This document shows positions 63,203 to 64,000 of a stretch of DNA of 64,000 nt, piece by piece. Every line of letters begins with the position of its first letter. The first letter of the stretch is position 1. The notes under the pieces are model-generated. The model was given only the letters and a program-made list of their open reading frames with translations. It had not been told where the DNA came from and made no database searches. A program made the translations under genes and the position numbers. Origin of the DNA: Tequatrovirus NIC06P2; sequence record OZ035760.1. One strand, given 5' to 3'.

Positions 63203-64000
63203 ATGTTTGGTTATTTTTATAATTCGTCTTTTAGACGATATGCTACCTTGATGGGCGATTTGTTTTCAAATATCCAAATCAAACGTCAGTTAGAATCTGG
63301 TGATAAGTTTATACGTGTTCCTATTACGTATGCATCAAAGGAACACTTCATGATGAAATTGAATAAATGGACATCAATAAATTCACAAGAAGATGTAGCT
63401 AAAGTTGAAACCATTCTACCTCGTATAAATTTACATTTAGTTGATTTTAGCTATAATGCTCCATTTAAAACAAACATTTTAAATCAGAATTTACTGCAAA
63501 AAGGTGCAACTTCTGTAGTATCGCAGTATAATCCATCTCCTATTAAAATGATTTATGAATTGAGTATCTTTACTCGCTACGAAGATGATATGTTTCAAAT
63601 AGTTGAACAGATTCTTCCATATTTTCAACCTCATTTTAATACAACTATGTACGAGCAGTTTGGAAATGATATTCCATTTAAAAGGGATATCAAAATTGTA
63701 CTGATGTCTGCTGCTATAGACGAAGCTATAGATGGGGATAATTTATCTCGTCGTAGAATTGAATGGTCATTAACATTTGAAGTAAATGGATGGATGTATC
63801 CTCCAGTAGATGATGCAGAAGGATTAATTCGTACTACTTATACAGATTTTCATGCTAATACAAGAGATTTGCCTGATGGCGAAGGTGTTTTTGAATCTGT
63901 CGATAGCGAAGTTGTTCCTCGAGATATTGACCCAGAAGACTGGGATGGAACAGTAAAACAAACTTTCACTAGTAATGTAAATAGACCAACACCGCCAGAA
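63203..64000 (+). CDS. 15: Tail sheath stabilizer/terminator gp15 (partial, runs off window end)
   Basis: MFGYFYNSSFRRYATLMGDLF...; SD AGGAGA; about 266 of 272 codons in window. Confidence 0.88.
   Translation, partial: MFGYFYNSSFRRYATLMGDLFSNIQIKRQLESGDKFIRVPITYASKEHFMMKLNKWTSINSQEDVAKVETILPRINLHLVDFSYNAPFKTNILNQNLLQKGATSVVSQYNPSPIKMIYELSIFTRYEDDMFQIVEQILPYFQPHFNTTMYEQFGNDIPFKRDIKIVLMSAAIDEAIDGDNLSRRRIEWSLTFEVNGWMYPPVDDAEGLIRTTYTDFHANTRDLPDGEGVFESVDSEVVPRDIDPEDWDGTVKQTFTSNVNRPTPPE

Overview
This window reads as a T4-like (Tevenvirinae) myovirus segment, with proteins near-identical to T4 as recalled from memory; no search was run. Bases 1-45736 are a minus-strand early/middle block: gp45 (partial), rpbA, gp46/gp47, alpha-glucosyltransferase, gp55, nrdG/nrdD, endonuclease VII, nrdC, tk, regB, denV, lysozyme e, nudE, a tRNA cluster with segB, 57B/57A and genes 1, 3, 2, 4. 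Bases 45784-64000 are plus-strand late baseplate/tail genes: 53, 5, 5.4, 6 to 12, wac, 13, 14 and partial 15. The accessory content sits in the hyperplastic stretches between these anchors. The most notable items are: four internal-protein-like genes with a capsid-targeting N-terminus; a ninth, class II tRNA with a GUA (Tyr) anticodon beside the eight canonical T4-type tRNAs; an antisense HNH homing endonuclease with its own late promoter; a tandem array of four coiled-coil paralogs; an operon of a nucleotidyltransferase-fold protein, a membrane protein and paralogs; a macro-domain protein; and a PspA-like protein. I cannot single out one of these as the undescribed system from sequence alone. 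All coordinates and motifs were read by hand and RNA ends may be off by 1-2 nt.
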